DNA from: Cycas panzhihuaensis
Lineage: Eukaryota > Plantae > Cycadophyta
Direction: 5' to 3'
Length of the DNA: 64,000 nt
NCBI GenBank assembly: GCA_023213395.1
Contig: CM041465.1
Location: 177,203,741-177,267,740 of the forward strand
In this document: positions 24,690 through 38,800 of the stretch, piece by piece
Position numbering within the stretch: the stretch's first letter is position 1
Layout: the number at the start of each line of letters is the position of its first letter
Notes under the pieces: generated by a model
Seen by the model: only the letters and a program-made list of their open reading frames with translations
Databases searched by the model: none
Told to the model about the DNA's origin: nothing
Translations under genes and position numbers: made by a program

Positions 24690-26792
24690 CATATTTGTCT
24701 TTCATCTTTTCCCTCATGTCCCATCCCTTATTCTTCTATTAAACCTCCACATATGTTATTTCCTATTCTCACTCACAACACATATCATCTTACCTTCTAT
24801 CATCCTTACTTTAATTTTTGTTTCCCACACATCTCCATTACATGCTTTTATCTAAACTAATTATCCATATAGAATTCTTTCGTTTCCTCCCATCTCTTAT
24901 ATCTTATTCTTTGACTAGTCCTTTATATATGATATCCCTTAGTCAAGCTCCTAACCTATATCATTTTTAACCTTCATCACCCACACTTTATTTTTTAATT
25001 CACACATATCTCTCTCATAAGCACCTATATGAAATACTTATCCTTCTTCCTCTAACCTTGCACATCCCTCATCTCTCTATCTTGTCTATCAACTACATTA
25101 TCATCCTTACCCTCTATTATCCCATCAACCCTTTTAATAATTCACACTTAATTTTCACATCATATATACTTTCCTCATATGCTTCTATGCAAACCATTTA
25201 TCAATACCATGCATAATATACTTCCTACTTCTTATTCCTCTCTAACTAACCGCTCACACTCCTTATCTCCAAATCTCACTTATAAGTTATATTATCATCA
25301 AGCTTAACATCATCCTTTATAACTATTTACACTTAATCTCCACTTCCTCCATATCCTCTCTTAAGTCTTTATCTAAACCACTCACCTATATATAACTACT
25401 CTCATATTTTTTATTCCTTACTCTTTATTCATGCTAGCTAACTCAATCTTTTCTTACCATATACCTTTCTCCTATGTCCTAATCTATGCCTTTTGATCAT
25501 ATAGAATTCCTATTATATTCCTCATTTATTGTTCCTTATCTATACCTACCAACTCATTACTTCCCATCCAAGTTATCTTCCTTCTTTAACAGAAAATTTA
25601 TATGGTTATAATATGATAGTAGAATAATGAATCTTGATGGAATGAATCCAAAACTCATAGGTACTAGGATATATTAAATGTAAGGTAATGATAACATCCT
25701 TATCCTTCATCACCCTAACTTCAATTTTTACTCTATATATTATCTTTCTTATTTATATAAATGCTTATCTTTTCCCTAATCTCTCACCCCTTATCCTTCT
25801 ATTAGCACTTTAAATATGTTATTCCCTAATCTTACTCATAACACATATCATCCCTACCTTCTATCATCTATACTTTGATTTTTGTTTCCCACATATCTCT
25901 CTTACATGAATTTATCTAGACTAATTATCTATATAGAATTCTTTTTAATCCTCCCATCTCTTATACCTTATTCTTTTACTAACCATTTATATATGATATT
26001 TCTTAGTTTTGTTCATAATCTATATTATTTTAACCTCAATCACCTAAACTTCAATTTTTAATTCCCATTTATCTCTCTCATATAGGCCTATCTAAACTGC
26101 TTATCTACATGAAATCCTATCATATCACCTGTACCTCAATCCTTACCCTTCTTCCTCTAACCTTACACATCCCTCACCTCTGTATCTTACCCATTGACTA
26201 CCTTATCATCCTTACCCTCTCTTATCCCATCAACCCTCATAATAATTCACACTTAATTTTCACATTCCATACACTCTCCTCATTCTCTTATATCTAATCC
26301 ACTTACTAATATATTATGCATAATATACTCCTGACTTCTTATTCCTCTCTAACCAGCCCTTCACACTCTTATCTCCTAATCTCACTTATAAGTTACATTA
26401 TCATCATCGTTACCATCATCCTCCATAACTATTCACACTCAATCTTTACTTCCTCCATATCACTCTCCTAAGTCTCTATCTAAACCACTTACCCACATAT
26501 AACTACTCTCATATTTTTTACTCCTCATTCCTTATTCAAGCTAACTAACTCAATCTTTGCTTACCACATACCCTTCTCTTATGTTCTCATCTATACTATT
26601 TACTCATGTAGAATTCCTATTATATTCCTCATTTCTTCTCCCTTATCTATGCCTACCAACTCATTCCATCCCATCCAAGTTATCTTCCTTCTTGAAGGGC
26701 AAATTTCCATGGTTATAATATGAAAGTAGAATACTAAATCTTGATGGGTGAATCCAAAACTCATATGTCCTAGGATCTACCAAGTCAAAGGT
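24690..26792. repeat. Diverged ~1.07-1.1 kb tandem duplication of G-poor, C/T-rich sequence
   Basis: 24721ff aligns with 25781ff. Both units end in AATCTTGATGG..TGAATCCAAAACTCATA (~25630, ~26737). Confidence 0.85.
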
Positions 26793-27695
26793 CTGATATA
26801 AAGGTTATCAAGGTAATAACATTTATATAAGGAAAAGATATATACGACACATCTAAAAAATAACATAAATATAGCAAGAGCTCTTATGATATTTTGGTTT
26901 TAGTAGGCAGTGAACCAAATAAGTACACCACCTTCCTCATACTTTTTGGGTGAAGAATCTTGAGAGTTGGGAGAATGTTAAAGTTTCAAATAAGAGAAGA
27001 AAACAAGATCATGGAATAATCTTTAAGAATAAATCATAACATGATCATTAAGAAACATCGAATATGATCAAAAGGTATAAGGAATTCAAAGGGTATTAAA
27101 TAATACATCAAGATATTCCAACATTACATGTGGAAATCCTAATCTATTAAAGAGAAATTAGTATTTTATTAATATTATTAGAATCTAATTTTATTATTAT
27201 AATAAGGGAGTTAGTATTTTTTATAGTAAATTAATATTTTAATATTTATATAAAGTTAGTTTTTTTAAGGGTCCTAATTTTATGCCTATATAAAGAGGCC
27301 CTAAAATTCATTATATGTAATCTTGATCTTATTTGGTTTAATCCAATTATTTTGGCACTTGGTGCTTACAAACAATTTGTCCATTCAACTTTATTTATGG
27401 ATGGTACATTATACTTATATGTAATTGGGTGCCTACTAGTTGAAATAGTTTAGACTAGAATTTACATATAGACTTTAGGTCTTGATTACTGATAATTATT
27501 TAAGGGAACCTATATAGGTGATGGATTGACTTTAAGAATAAGTCAACAACTTAAGGGTAGATATTGTATTATGTAGTGGAATAAAATATGTATATTTTGT
27601 TAAGTAATCCATGATAACCAAAATAGCATCTTTACCTATAAATTTAAGTAGTCTTATAATAAAATCTATATTGATATCTATCTATTTGTGGTTCA
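26793..27695 (-). mobile_element. Degenerate Gypsy integrase remnant (same element as 34067-35877)
   Basis: Minus strand DAILVIMDYLTKYTYFIP at ~27580-27630; joins 34067 across the Copia-2 TSD. Confidence 0.7.
27129..27466 (+). repeat. Solo-LTR-like sequence of the same family as 11665-11957
   Basis: TGTGGAAATCCTAA...TTTACA, sharing TAAAGTTAGTTT, AGGCCCT and TTGGTGC blocks with the reverse complement of 11665-11957. No clean TSD. Confidence 0.55.
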
Positions 27696-27700
27696 AAATT

Positions 27701-28055
27701 TATTAATGTGGCAGTTAATTATTAAGCCACTTAGTTAATATTAATGTGGTTTAATTAAGTGAAAAGGTGCAAAGCCAAAAGGTGTGACTTATTCAGAGGG
27801 TCACAACCCTAATCAAGTGACATCTCTTGGGAGAATATAAATGCCTTGAGGCCTTGTATATTCAACATTCAAGATCATTGTATCAATCCATTATGCAATA
27901 ATCAAGTGATCCATCAAAGGATCCTTTTGTGGTGAGTTTTCCCACGTAAATCCTATGTACTGTGAATCTATTTTCTGTCTGTATATTTACTTGCTATGTA
28001 TAGTAAAAGATTCTATAGTTGGGAACATTCGCGTATGATTTCATGTTCTCAAATA
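27701..28055 (+). repeat. 5' LTR of Copia-2
   Basis: Collinear with 33690-34061. Confidence 0.92.
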
Positions 28056-29599
28056 TGGTATAAAATTTGTAGGGTCCTACACAACTAAGGCTTGGCATTG
28101 AGCGGAGTGGTATGATCGTTGGTTGCTGGGTAATGCCGTCTAACCCAAGATGAGTCTTGAGGGTCTATCAACCCCAACAACATGCAAAAGTAGGCACATT
28201 ATATCAGTGGAGGTTGAAGTAGTGAATATCACTATTCAACAAAATATAAGGGTTATTAGAGTCAATATTCTGGCATGAAGTCCACATTTGTGGTTAGAGT
28301 TGGCTCGTTGGGGCCATCTGAAGCCGGTTGAAAGTTTATTACAAAGATTGATACCTACAGAGCACGTCTTGATGGTGACACGATGACTTTAAGAATAGCC
28401 ATTTATATACACAAGTAAGTTGGTCATTTTCTCACTCAAATCACTATAAAATTCAAAAAAAGAGAAGCTTTCTTTGGTGTTGCCTACATCCAGTCTGTGT
28501 AAGGGAGAGATTGGAGCCTTCTTGGACAGTTTTTTAGCCCTCTACACTAAGATTAGGTGAAGTATCTAGTAGTATAAAGCATCCTCCAAGTGTATTTTTG
28601 AGTTGTAGTGCTTTGTATGTGGAGTTTTAACCTCTCCCCTTGGCTAAAAACACTTTTTTGAGCCTGTATTTGCATACTAGAAGTTAACAGGGCTATTTGG
28701 GAGATTTGTGTGTATTAAAGAAGCTCTATGCAACATTTTGGAGATTGTTGGCCCATGTAGAGGCAGTTTTGACCTCTTTAAGAGCCAACTGAGTGCTTTC
28801 TTATGGTGGTTATGTGTGTCTGGAGACTAACAGGGTGTTTTTTCCTTTAATTGAGCAACTTGTTTCTGGGCTGGGCTATTTCCTGCATCAATTGAGTATG
28901 GCTGGGTGCTTCTCTCTATGGTTTCCTCTTCTAGGAGGTGGTAGGACTATATTTAGGCTATGAAACAACCATTCAAAGAGCTTGAATCCTTTATAACTAG
29001 CCATTGTATAGGTTTATATCTCAGCATCTGTGTCTTCTCTCTTTACCCTATGTGACTCTCTAATACATTCTTTTATTGATTTGTTGCTAAGTCAAAACCT
29101 TAGCAATATTATAAATCTATTCTATTGTTGATTTAAAGTACATAGAGCATGTTATAAGGGGCGGCTGTTTATAAAAAGTCATACTTTTTGGGAATATACC
29201 TTTTGGCATATTCCCCTTAAAGTAAAAATATAAAAAGACCCGTGTATATCTTTGTTATATGGTATTCTACCTATTGTGAAGTTATTTGAAGCATTTTTCA
29301 TCTATTTTGAGAGTGGATCAAGGAGATTTTATGTGTTTTTGACTCGGAGACTGTGCACTTTAGCCATGTGGAACCATCCTTTGTTCTAGAGCACATGTTT
29401 TTTAATCATTGTTAGTGTCAATTATGACATTTAATGGCTATTTAAGGTCGTTTATTGATGGTTAAGGAGGCATAAATAATTGGTGGCTCACTTAACATGG
29501 GTATAATCCATATTGGGTGCCTTTGGAAGTATGCTCTTGAGGTAGAGGAGGATAAGCGTGTATTTTATCCTACAAACATTTATTTTTGGTGGTATTTAA

Positions 29600-32500
29600 C
29601 CCATATTGAAGCTTGTTTCTTGAGATGGAGTGCATTATTCCCAAAGTTATCTTTAATGGTAATAATTTTAGCAAGTGGAAGGCCAATATGGAACTGATTC
29701 TGATGGTGAACCAACTCTAGGGAATCACTAAGGCGAAAGTAGATGCGATTCCATTAGACCATAAGGAGAATATTCATCTTGAAGAAAAGTAATTTATGGC
29801 TGTGGGACTGTTGAAACTATCACTGGTGCCAGATTAGAGAGTATTGGTTCATAATCTTGATGAACCGGCAAAGATATGGAGAAAACTATATGATACATTT
29901 GAAAAGAAGCAGAGGAATAGATGTTTGGCAATGATGTTGGAATTACTCAACTCGCATATGAAGCATGAGAATAACATCAACTCCTACCTTAATAATATTA
30001 CTGACTTAAAGAATATTCTAGAGGAACTGAAGCCAAACTCAATCGATGATATGTTTCTATTCGTAATAATCATGTCAAAATTGTCAGCTGCCTTTGCCAT
30101 ATTCTAGACCATTTGTGGTAGAGATGAAGTGATGGAAGCATAGACATTTGATGGGCTTAAAAACCTAATTCTAGCAGAGGATGCTAAGCTCAAACATAAT
30201 GGTCTGTTTGGAGGTTCAGGTTCAAGTCAGGCCTTAGCCATGAAAACTTAGAGGAAGGAGGCCCCTAAGGAGGAGAAGATCATACAGCAGTCAGGAGAAA
30301 GTTCTCAAGACAAAAAGAACTTTAATGGGAAATGCAATTACTACAAGAAGGATAGTCACTGCAAGAAGAACAGTTGGTTCAAGTATCGTGACAAGCACAA
30401 AGTTAACCAGGATGACAAAGGGAAGAATATTACTGCTCATTGCGTCTGAGTAAAATCCTTATCAGCCAAATTCAATTAGAGAGATTATTGGGTGCTTGAC
30501 TCTAGAGTACAGAAGTATATTTCTTAACAGAGACAAAACTTTGATACAATAACTTCAAATTAGAGTGGTGCTTAGATTGTCCTTAGTGATGCTTACATCC
30601 TACCAGTAAAAGGTATAGGCAAAGTTTCCATTGCGGGAGGTAAGTTTACTGGGGTGTATTATGCACAGAAGATGCAGTTGAACCTTCTTTTAGCCCAGGA
30701 GATCTACAAACAAGGTATGAAGGTAGAGCTCTATGATGACAAATGCATAATTAAGGATCTGAAATAAAACTTTGCTGCCATAGCTACTGGGAAAGCCAGG
30801 GACAACTTCTAGGTATTTGAAAAGTTTCAGTCTTAGAAGAAGTCCTACACCTTTGTTACTAGTGTGGATGACGTGAGTAAGTTATGGTACAATTGCCTCA
30901 ATCACCTTAATTATAGGAGTATTACACTATTGAAGAGGTTGAAGATGGTGGAAGGATTGTTGTCGATTACCTACTCAAATGGTGTGTGCAAAGGGTGTAT
31001 GTATGGCAAGCACCACCGCTACCCTTTTGCTCGAGATAATGCATGGAGAGCCAAGGAGAAGTTAGAGCTTGTACATTCAAATCTAAAGGACCCTCTTCCT
31101 AACCCTTTGATATCTAGAGCCCATTATACCCTTGTATTTATGGATGACTACACCAGGAAGGCCTGGATTTACTTTCTCAAGAATGAGTCAGTCATGTTTG
31201 ATCACTTTCGTAAATGGAAAGCGATGCTTGAAAACAAATGTGATAAGAAAATAAAGTCATTAAGAAGTAATAATGGCAAGGAGTATAACAATAATGCATT
31301 TAATTAGTTCTACCATGATCATGGTATAAAGCAAGAATTAATAGTCCTATATACCCCACAATAGAACAAAGTTGCTGAAAGAAAGAACTGTACCATGATG
31401 GAAATGGTGAGGTGTATGGTGCATGCTCAAAACCTACCACCAAAGTTCTGGGTAGAAGCTATGGAAACTACTATTTATATTTTGAACTGGGCATCCACTC
31501 AAGCAGTTTACAATATGACCCCTGAAGAGAAATTGACCAATTATAAACTTGTCATTAGCAATTTAAGAATATTTGGGTGTATTGTGTATGCTCACATCCC
31601 AAATGATACTCAAAAGAAGCTGGATTAGAAAAGTCTAAAGTGCATATTCATGGGGTATTACACAAAGAACAAATCCTATAGACTATGGGATCCATAGGGG
31701 AAAAAGATTATGGTTAGTTAGGGTGTAAAATTCGATGAGACATCGACGTATCATGCTGACCAATCATCAAAGGAGATTTTTTACCCCCCCTTATTCCTAT
31801 TCCCAGATTCATCAAGTGAAGCAGACAATGAGCCAGTTGCTAAAACACCTGAGGAAGTAGGATCGAGTGGGACGAGTAATAGTGAGGAGCCGTTGCGAGT
31901 TGAAGTACCTCCAGCAATGGGTTCTTCAATACCTTTATTGGTCAGGAAGACTATCTAAGATTTTGATGTTGCGATGCAAACCTTAACTAATGATCGAAGA
32001 ACACGAAGCCAACATGCTAGTCAAACTTTGCTAATAGACACCAATGACTCTAGTGATCCTAATTTGTTTGATGAAGTGAAAGGAGATCCAAGATGGAGAG
32101 CTGCAATGGAGGAGGAGTATAGTTCTCTCCTAAAGAATGACACATGGGATTTAGTTCCACTACCTTTAATAAAGAATCTTATAGGATGCAAGTGGGTCTA
32201 TAAAACAAAGTTCTACTCTAATGGAGAGGTGGACAAGTTTAAGGCCAAACTTGTTACGTAGGGATTCAAGTAGAAAGAAGGAATCAACTATGAGGAGGCA
32301 TTTACACCAGTCTCCAGAATGACAATGGTCTGTTTGTTGATTTCCTTAGCATCAACTTATGGTTGGGAGTTACATTAGATGGATGTAAAGTCCACATTCC
32401 TTAATAGAGATCTAAAGGAGGAGATTTACATATCACAACCTCTAGGATTCATTAAGGATATCCAGGAGCATCTTGTGTGTTGTTTGAAGAAGTTAATCTA

Positions 32501-33585
32501 TGGCTTGAAACAAGCACCTCATGCTTAGTATGAAAAGATGGATATGAAGTTGAAAGCTGAAGGTTTTGAGATTTCTGAACTTGACCTGAATCTATATGTG
32601 AAGAGAAGAGGGACTTCAATAGTAGCTTACATGGTGTATGTGGATGATTTGGTCATTGACTGTAATTATGGCAAGGCTATTGCTAAAGTCAAATCCAATA
32701 TGGGAGCTTCGTTTGATATGACAGACCTTAGAAGACTTCACTACTTCTTGGGCATTCAAGTCAAGTAGATGGATAACAGGATTGTGTTACTATAGTCTTA
32801 ATATATGAAGAACTTACTGGAGAAATTTAGAATGCAAAATTATAAACTAGTTGCAACACCATGTGTAAAAGGCACTAAGTTATAGAAGGATATGGCCAAG
32901 CCCTCTATAAATGGCATAAAGTATCGCTAATTGGTAGGGAGTCTGATCTATTTGACTCATGCCCGTGCTGATATCATATATGCTTTCAGGTTGGTTTCCT
33001 GCTATATGCAGAATCCTGAGGAACCTCATTTAGTTAGAGCAAAGCAAATTCTGAAGTATTTAAAGGGGACTATCAACCTTGGTCTCGAATACCATCGAGG
33101 TAAAGAGATATAATTGCATGGCTATATGGATGTTGATTGAGGAGGAGATTTTGATAATTAGAAGTCCATTACTTGATACATGTTTGGAGTTGACAATAGA
33201 TTTATTTTGTGGCAGTCAAAAAAGCAGTAGGTAGTGGCACTCTCTTTTATAGAGATAGAATATCAAGGACTCAACACGGGTGTAGAGGAAGCTATATGGT
33301 TGCAAGGTCTATTGGAGTTTCTTAGAGTTTCAAATAGACATCCAATTATCTTTATTGATAACCAAAGTACCATTTGTCTATCAAAGAATCTAGGGTTTCA
33401 TGCATATACAGAGCACATTGAGATTTAGTAGTATTATATTCATGAATAGATAAAATCAGGGAAGCTGTAGGTTGACTATTATTTGAGTGAATTCCAGATT
33501 GTAGATGTGTTCACCAAACCTCTCACTGAAGATCAATTTACAAAAATGCATACTAGACTTGGACTCACTAATATTATCCTTGAGG
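29600..33585 (+). pseudogene. Copia-2 gag-pol pseudogene
   Basis: ORF-track fragments in the order gag, GAG-pre-integrase/rve, RVT_2, RNase H. Start approximate. Confidence 0.9.
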
Positions 33586-33689
33586 AGGGATGTATCGACA
33601 AGGATAAAGAAGCTGTAGGATAATCCCAACCTTCGTGATAACATAACTGTTGTAGTTGCCTGGCTCCCTACATTCACATTAAGGGGGGA

Positions 33690-34061
33690 TGTTAATGTGA
33701 CAGTTAATTATTAAGCTACTTAGTTAATATTAATGTGATTTAATTAAGTGAAAAGGTGCGAAGCCAAAAGGTGTGACTTGTTCAAAGGGTCACAACCTTA
33801 ATCACATGACACCTCTTGGGAGAATATAAATGCCTTGAGGCCTTTTATATTCAACATTCAAGTTCATTGTATCAATCCATTGTGTAATAATTAAGTGATC
33901 CATCAAAGGATCCTTTTGTGGTAGGGTTTTTTTCTGAAAGGGTTTTCCTATATAAATCCTGTATATTGTGCATTTATTTTCTGTGTGTATATTTGCTTGC
34001 TGTGTATGGTAAAAGATTCTGTGGTTGGGAACATTCATGTATGATTTCATGTTCCCGAACA
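33690..34061 (+). repeat. 3' LTR of Copia-2
   Basis: TGTTAATGTG...CCCGAACA, followed by TSD AAATT. Confidence 0.92.
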
Positions 34062-34066
34062 AAATT

Positions 34067-35877
34067 GGTAATGACTAAAGTATACTAAGAAGCTTTACTA
34101 TCTTTGCTTTTTACCATTGGCAAATATCAATTTTCGCCTTGGCTAGTAAAATGGTCTCCTTATGTGATCATAATTTTTATAAAAACTGGAATGTCTAAAG
34201 AATGATATAGAATGTCCTTCCTAAAAGATGATCCTTTCAGAGTTAAAGATTAAGATGAGAAGATTTAATCTTTGTATAATTATATATGTCCATGTAATGA
34301 CCAATTTGGTGGAGGTTTTCCTTGATGGTAATCTTATAGCCTAACTTTAATTACTGGGTCACTATTATACTTAGAGTGGAGTTCATTGATCCATATAGGA
34401 AGTGCTATGGAAATAGCATTGTATGACTCATGTTTATACTTCCTACATAAATTATTGGCCACTTGATTGACTTTTTCCTTATTATATACAATGTTAAAAT
34501 CAAAATCTTAAATTTTTATGAGTCATTTTTACTATAATTCTAATAAGGTAGGGTACTATAGGAGATATTTAAGGCTATGATGATTAGTATATACTATGAA
34601 TTTGTTGTCAAAGAGGTATTATTGTTATTTTTCTAAGGCAAGGAGAATAACCAAAATTTTTTCATTATGTGTTGAGTACATATGCTCTCAATGATTATGT
34701 TTTCTACTTTAAGATGTTATGGGTCATTTATCCTATATTAAAATTACACCTATGCTTGATCTAGATGCATCACACTGTAGTTTGAAGGGTTTGGAAAAAT
34801 TAGGCATTGTCAATATAGAGGCAAAAGTAATAACTATTTTTAGATATGAAAAGGCCTAATTGGCTAGGTTTAACCAATGGAAGGCATCATTTTTATAGAG
34901 ATTAGTGAATGGATCACCAAGGGATAAATAGGATTGAATATATTACCTATTAAAACCAATAAGTCTAGAAAAGCTTCAAAGAGAAGAGATTGAAGTATGT
35001 ATTAGCCAATGGTTTGAATTTTATTAGAGTCCATACAAACACCTTGTATAGAAATTATGTGACCTAAATATTTTGGTCTTTGTTAGTTAAAATGGCACTT
35101 GGATTTCTTGGCAAACAACTTATTTTAACTCAAGGTTTCTAATATCTTATCTAAATAATTGAGATATGGTTGCTAAGATTTATTATAGACTAAGATATTA
35201 TCAAAGAAAACCATGACAAATTTAAATAGAAAAGGAGCAAGTACCTTATTCATTATGTCTTGGAATGTTATCAGAGAATTCATGAGGCCAAAAGGCCATG
35301 AATTTAAATTTATATAGTCCTTGATGTATCTTGAAAGTTATTTTCTCATAGTTAATTATTCTAATAAGGATCTAATAATAACTAGATTGTATATTAAATT
35401 TTAAAAAAATGTTATGCCATGAAGTTTGTCAATGATATTATCCATTTGGGAATGAGATATTTATTCTTTATCATGATCAAATTTAATGTTTGGTAATCTA
35501 CATAAAGATGAAAGGACCCATTTTTTTATAAGCCAAGATAATCAGAGTTGTATAGGGACTTTTACTATGAGTGATAGCTCTAAGTTATAGAAGGTCATCA
35601 ATAAGCCATTTAATCTCTATCTTTTGTCTATGGTTATACCTATAGGGATGAACTAAAATAGGACCTTCTCCTAGTTTGATTTCAATAATACACTCAATGT
35701 CTTAATTAGGTAGGAATCTTATTAGTAAAGGTTGGAGGACTAACTCATGCCATTGTATAAGGTCTTGAAGGCCATAAGCCTGGTTTGGCTTAAGGTGCTC
35801 CTCCAATGTGCATGCCTCCATGGAGAAAAGATGGGCAATGAATCCTATATTCCCTTTATTAAGTAACTTATCCATCT
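34067..35877 (-). mobile_element. Degenerate Gypsy pol (RT, RNase H, integrase N-terminus); continues at ~42275
   Basis: Minus strand MPNFSKPFKLQCDASRSSIG ~34750-34810 and KMDKLLNKGNIGFIAHLFSME ~35820-35880. Confidence 0.8.
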
Positions 35878-38800
35878 TTTTTTATATAGTTTAAATTAAT
35901 AAGCCTATAACAACTGTCATGACAAGCCCACAGTTTAGCTAACCCCCCAATCACTAACTAGTTACAATCCCTCTGTGCTATCGACAAGCCCAGTGACTAG
36001 CTCAAAAGTGCCATGACATGCCTAATGGCTAGCAGATCTACCTAAGGTCAATGCCCTATAAATCCTTTCTTACTAGACCCAAAATCCCTTCAGGAATCAT
36101 ATCCCTCTAATGTTTATTTCTTTTAGCCCAAATCCCCCAGTTAGCTAGCTTATCAACCACCCCATTACCTTCTATGTAGGTGTGTTTAATTTGACTATTA
36201 GGTCTTCCTTTAAGGTACTCCCTAGCATCATTTATCAAAGCTCTATATCTCCAATTTGGGGCCACTTCCCCTCTCATAAATTTTATTATATTTAATGACT
36301 CCCCTTCTAAGATGACCCTATTGTGACCCTCCAAGGAGATCAACTCCACCACTTTATACATAGCCTCCATCTCAATGCAATGATTAGTTTGGGGGCCATA
36401 ATAGTATATAAAGGCCCAAATCACCATCCCTTTTACATTGCTACAGAGCTTGCTTCACCAAGGTTACCTTTCATAGCTCCATCAAAGTTTATTTTCACCC
36501 AACCCACTAGGGGGGAGGGGGTCCCACTTACACACCCTTTTTTGTTTCGTTTTAACTTTAGGACCAATTCCCCATTTTTCTAAAGTCTTTCTTTCATCAG
36601 AAGAGGAAGATTTTCCTCCTCGACATTAAGGATCCATCTCAAGGCCCCAATGATCCTCCTAAAAGGATGTGGCTCTTCCATACGTTTCTCTTGAAAAATT
36701 CTTCTATTCCTTTCTTTCCATGTGTTCCACATCATTATAGGTAACCATGCTTGCCAAAGGAACTACACTACTCTACTCCTGAAGGGACCAATGCAGGAAG
36801 AGACTAGATCCTTCACCATACTAGGAAGAACCCACTCAATCTCAAAAGTATTTCACAATATCTTCCACACCTCCTTAGAGTAGGAGTAATGTAGAAAAAT
36901 ATGGTTAATGGACTCCTCCTCCATCCTACATAAGATACATCTATTTACCATGACAAACCCCCTTTTCCTAAGATTGTCCATGGTTAAGATTTTATTTTTT
37001 AAATAGAGCCACTAGAATATAGCTACCTTAGGGATAAGGCCCATCTTCCAGACACCTCCTAACAACTTATTATCTATAATACCTTTTTCTGATAGCAAAA
37101 ATAAATATCCTATCTTCACCAAATGATGTTAAAAGGGGACCTTGGCCAAACCATCGCATCTTCCTTGGGGAATCTCAGTATGTAATTTTTAGCCAGCTTA
37201 ATTCTCAGGGTTTCTAGTTGGTATTTTCCCACACTATCAAGGGGGAAGTCCTTAAAACATCTCCAATTCTTAGAACCCCCATAATGTTCCTAATAATCCT
37301 TAACTTTCCTCCTATAAATCCTCTCATAGGGATTCTAGATCAACCCTAAGGTGGGTCTCTCCTTCAACTGAGGCCTTCTACACCAAACATCCTCCCAGAG
37401 GTTAATCTTTTTACCATTCCCCAAACTCCACTGGGTTCCAGGCACAAGCATCTTCCTCATATAGATGAGGCTTCTCTAAATTGTAGAACCACCTTTTCCT
37501 AAAAGATCATCCCTTAGGTACTTATTTCCCCTAAGGTATTTCTAGATCATATTATTACACCATAATTTGTTATCCTCCTTAGCTAAGCTCCATCCTAGCT
37601 TCGCCATCAAAGCCTTATTAAAGCAAGTTATATCTTTCATATTTAGCCCACCTGATCACTTTGGAAGGCAAACTTTCTCCCAGGCTACAAGATGAATTAT
37701 GTCCCTGTCCTCCACTCCTAACCATAGGAACCTCTTTTGAATAGACTCAAGGTCATTATTAATCTTGACCAAACACCTAAATAGGGACATCATATAGTTT
37801 GGAGTGATCTAGATAGAGGTAATCAATAATTAAAGTTTGCCAGCTTGGCTCAGTAAAGCCCCTTTTTAGCCCACGAGCTTCCTTTGGGCCTAATTAATAA
37901 TAGGGTTCTAAAGCTCCTTCTCTATTCTTCCCACGAAAAAGGGCATACTAAGGTACAAGGTAGGGAGCTTCCGAATAGGCATTCCCAGGATCCTACTAAT
38001 AGCACCCTAGGTTATAGCCAGGGTATTTAGGAAAAAAATACTACTTTTATTCAAGTTGATCTTCTGGTTTGTAGCCTCCTCAAATCGATTTAGCTCATAC
38101 TTAATATCTCTAGTCTCCACAAGGGTTGCCTTACCTAATAAAATATTATTATCCACAAAATGATGATGAATAAAATTTCCCACTCCTAATGTAGGCTTTA
38201 ATCCCATAATCTTTCTAGTCCTCTTAGCTTCCTCCAGGGTCCTCCCCAACATTTCAGCCATGATAATAAAGAGATAAGGAGCTAGGGGGTCCCATTGTCA
38301 TAGACCTTTAAAGCCTGGGAAGAAAACCATCAATGTACCATTGACCATCACAGAAAATTTTGGATTAAATATATAGTTAAATATCTAATTCCCCACTAAG
38401 TCACTGAACCCAAAAGCTCTCATGTATTCCTTCAAGTAGTCCCACGAGACTCTATCATAGGCCTTAGAGAGATCAATTTTAATAATCATACCAGCTTTCT
38501 TCCTCTGACTCATAGAGTGGGCCATTTCATGAACCACCACTATACCATCTAGAATCTATTTTCCTTTTATAAATCCATCCCAGTTATGTGATATAATTAA
38601 AGGGAGGACTCCTTTTAATATATTGGCAAGGATCTTCACTAAGATTTTATATTTCACATTACCCAAGCTTATTAGCTTAAAGTCTTTCATTCTTTTCATA
38701 TCCCCTTTCTTCGGGATAAGAACCAAGAAGGTAGCTTGGAATTCCCTAGGGATTTTCCTATTCACATAAAAATCAGAGACTGCCTCAAGGAGATCATCCT

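Larger units (their letters stand above)
27701..34061 (+). mobile_element. Full-length Ty1/Copia LTR retrotransposon (Copia-2), inactivated by stops
   Basis: LTRs 27701-28055 and 33690-34061, TSD AAATT, PBS TGGTAT at 28056, PPT 33681-33689. Gag 29844, integrase 30864-31628, RT 31974-33113 (VYVDDL), RNase H 33234. Confidence 0.96.

Noticed and set aside
24349-24855. 168-aa hydrophobic ORF
   Set aside because: Arises from G-poor low-complexity DNA where TAG/TGA stops are rare; no domain.
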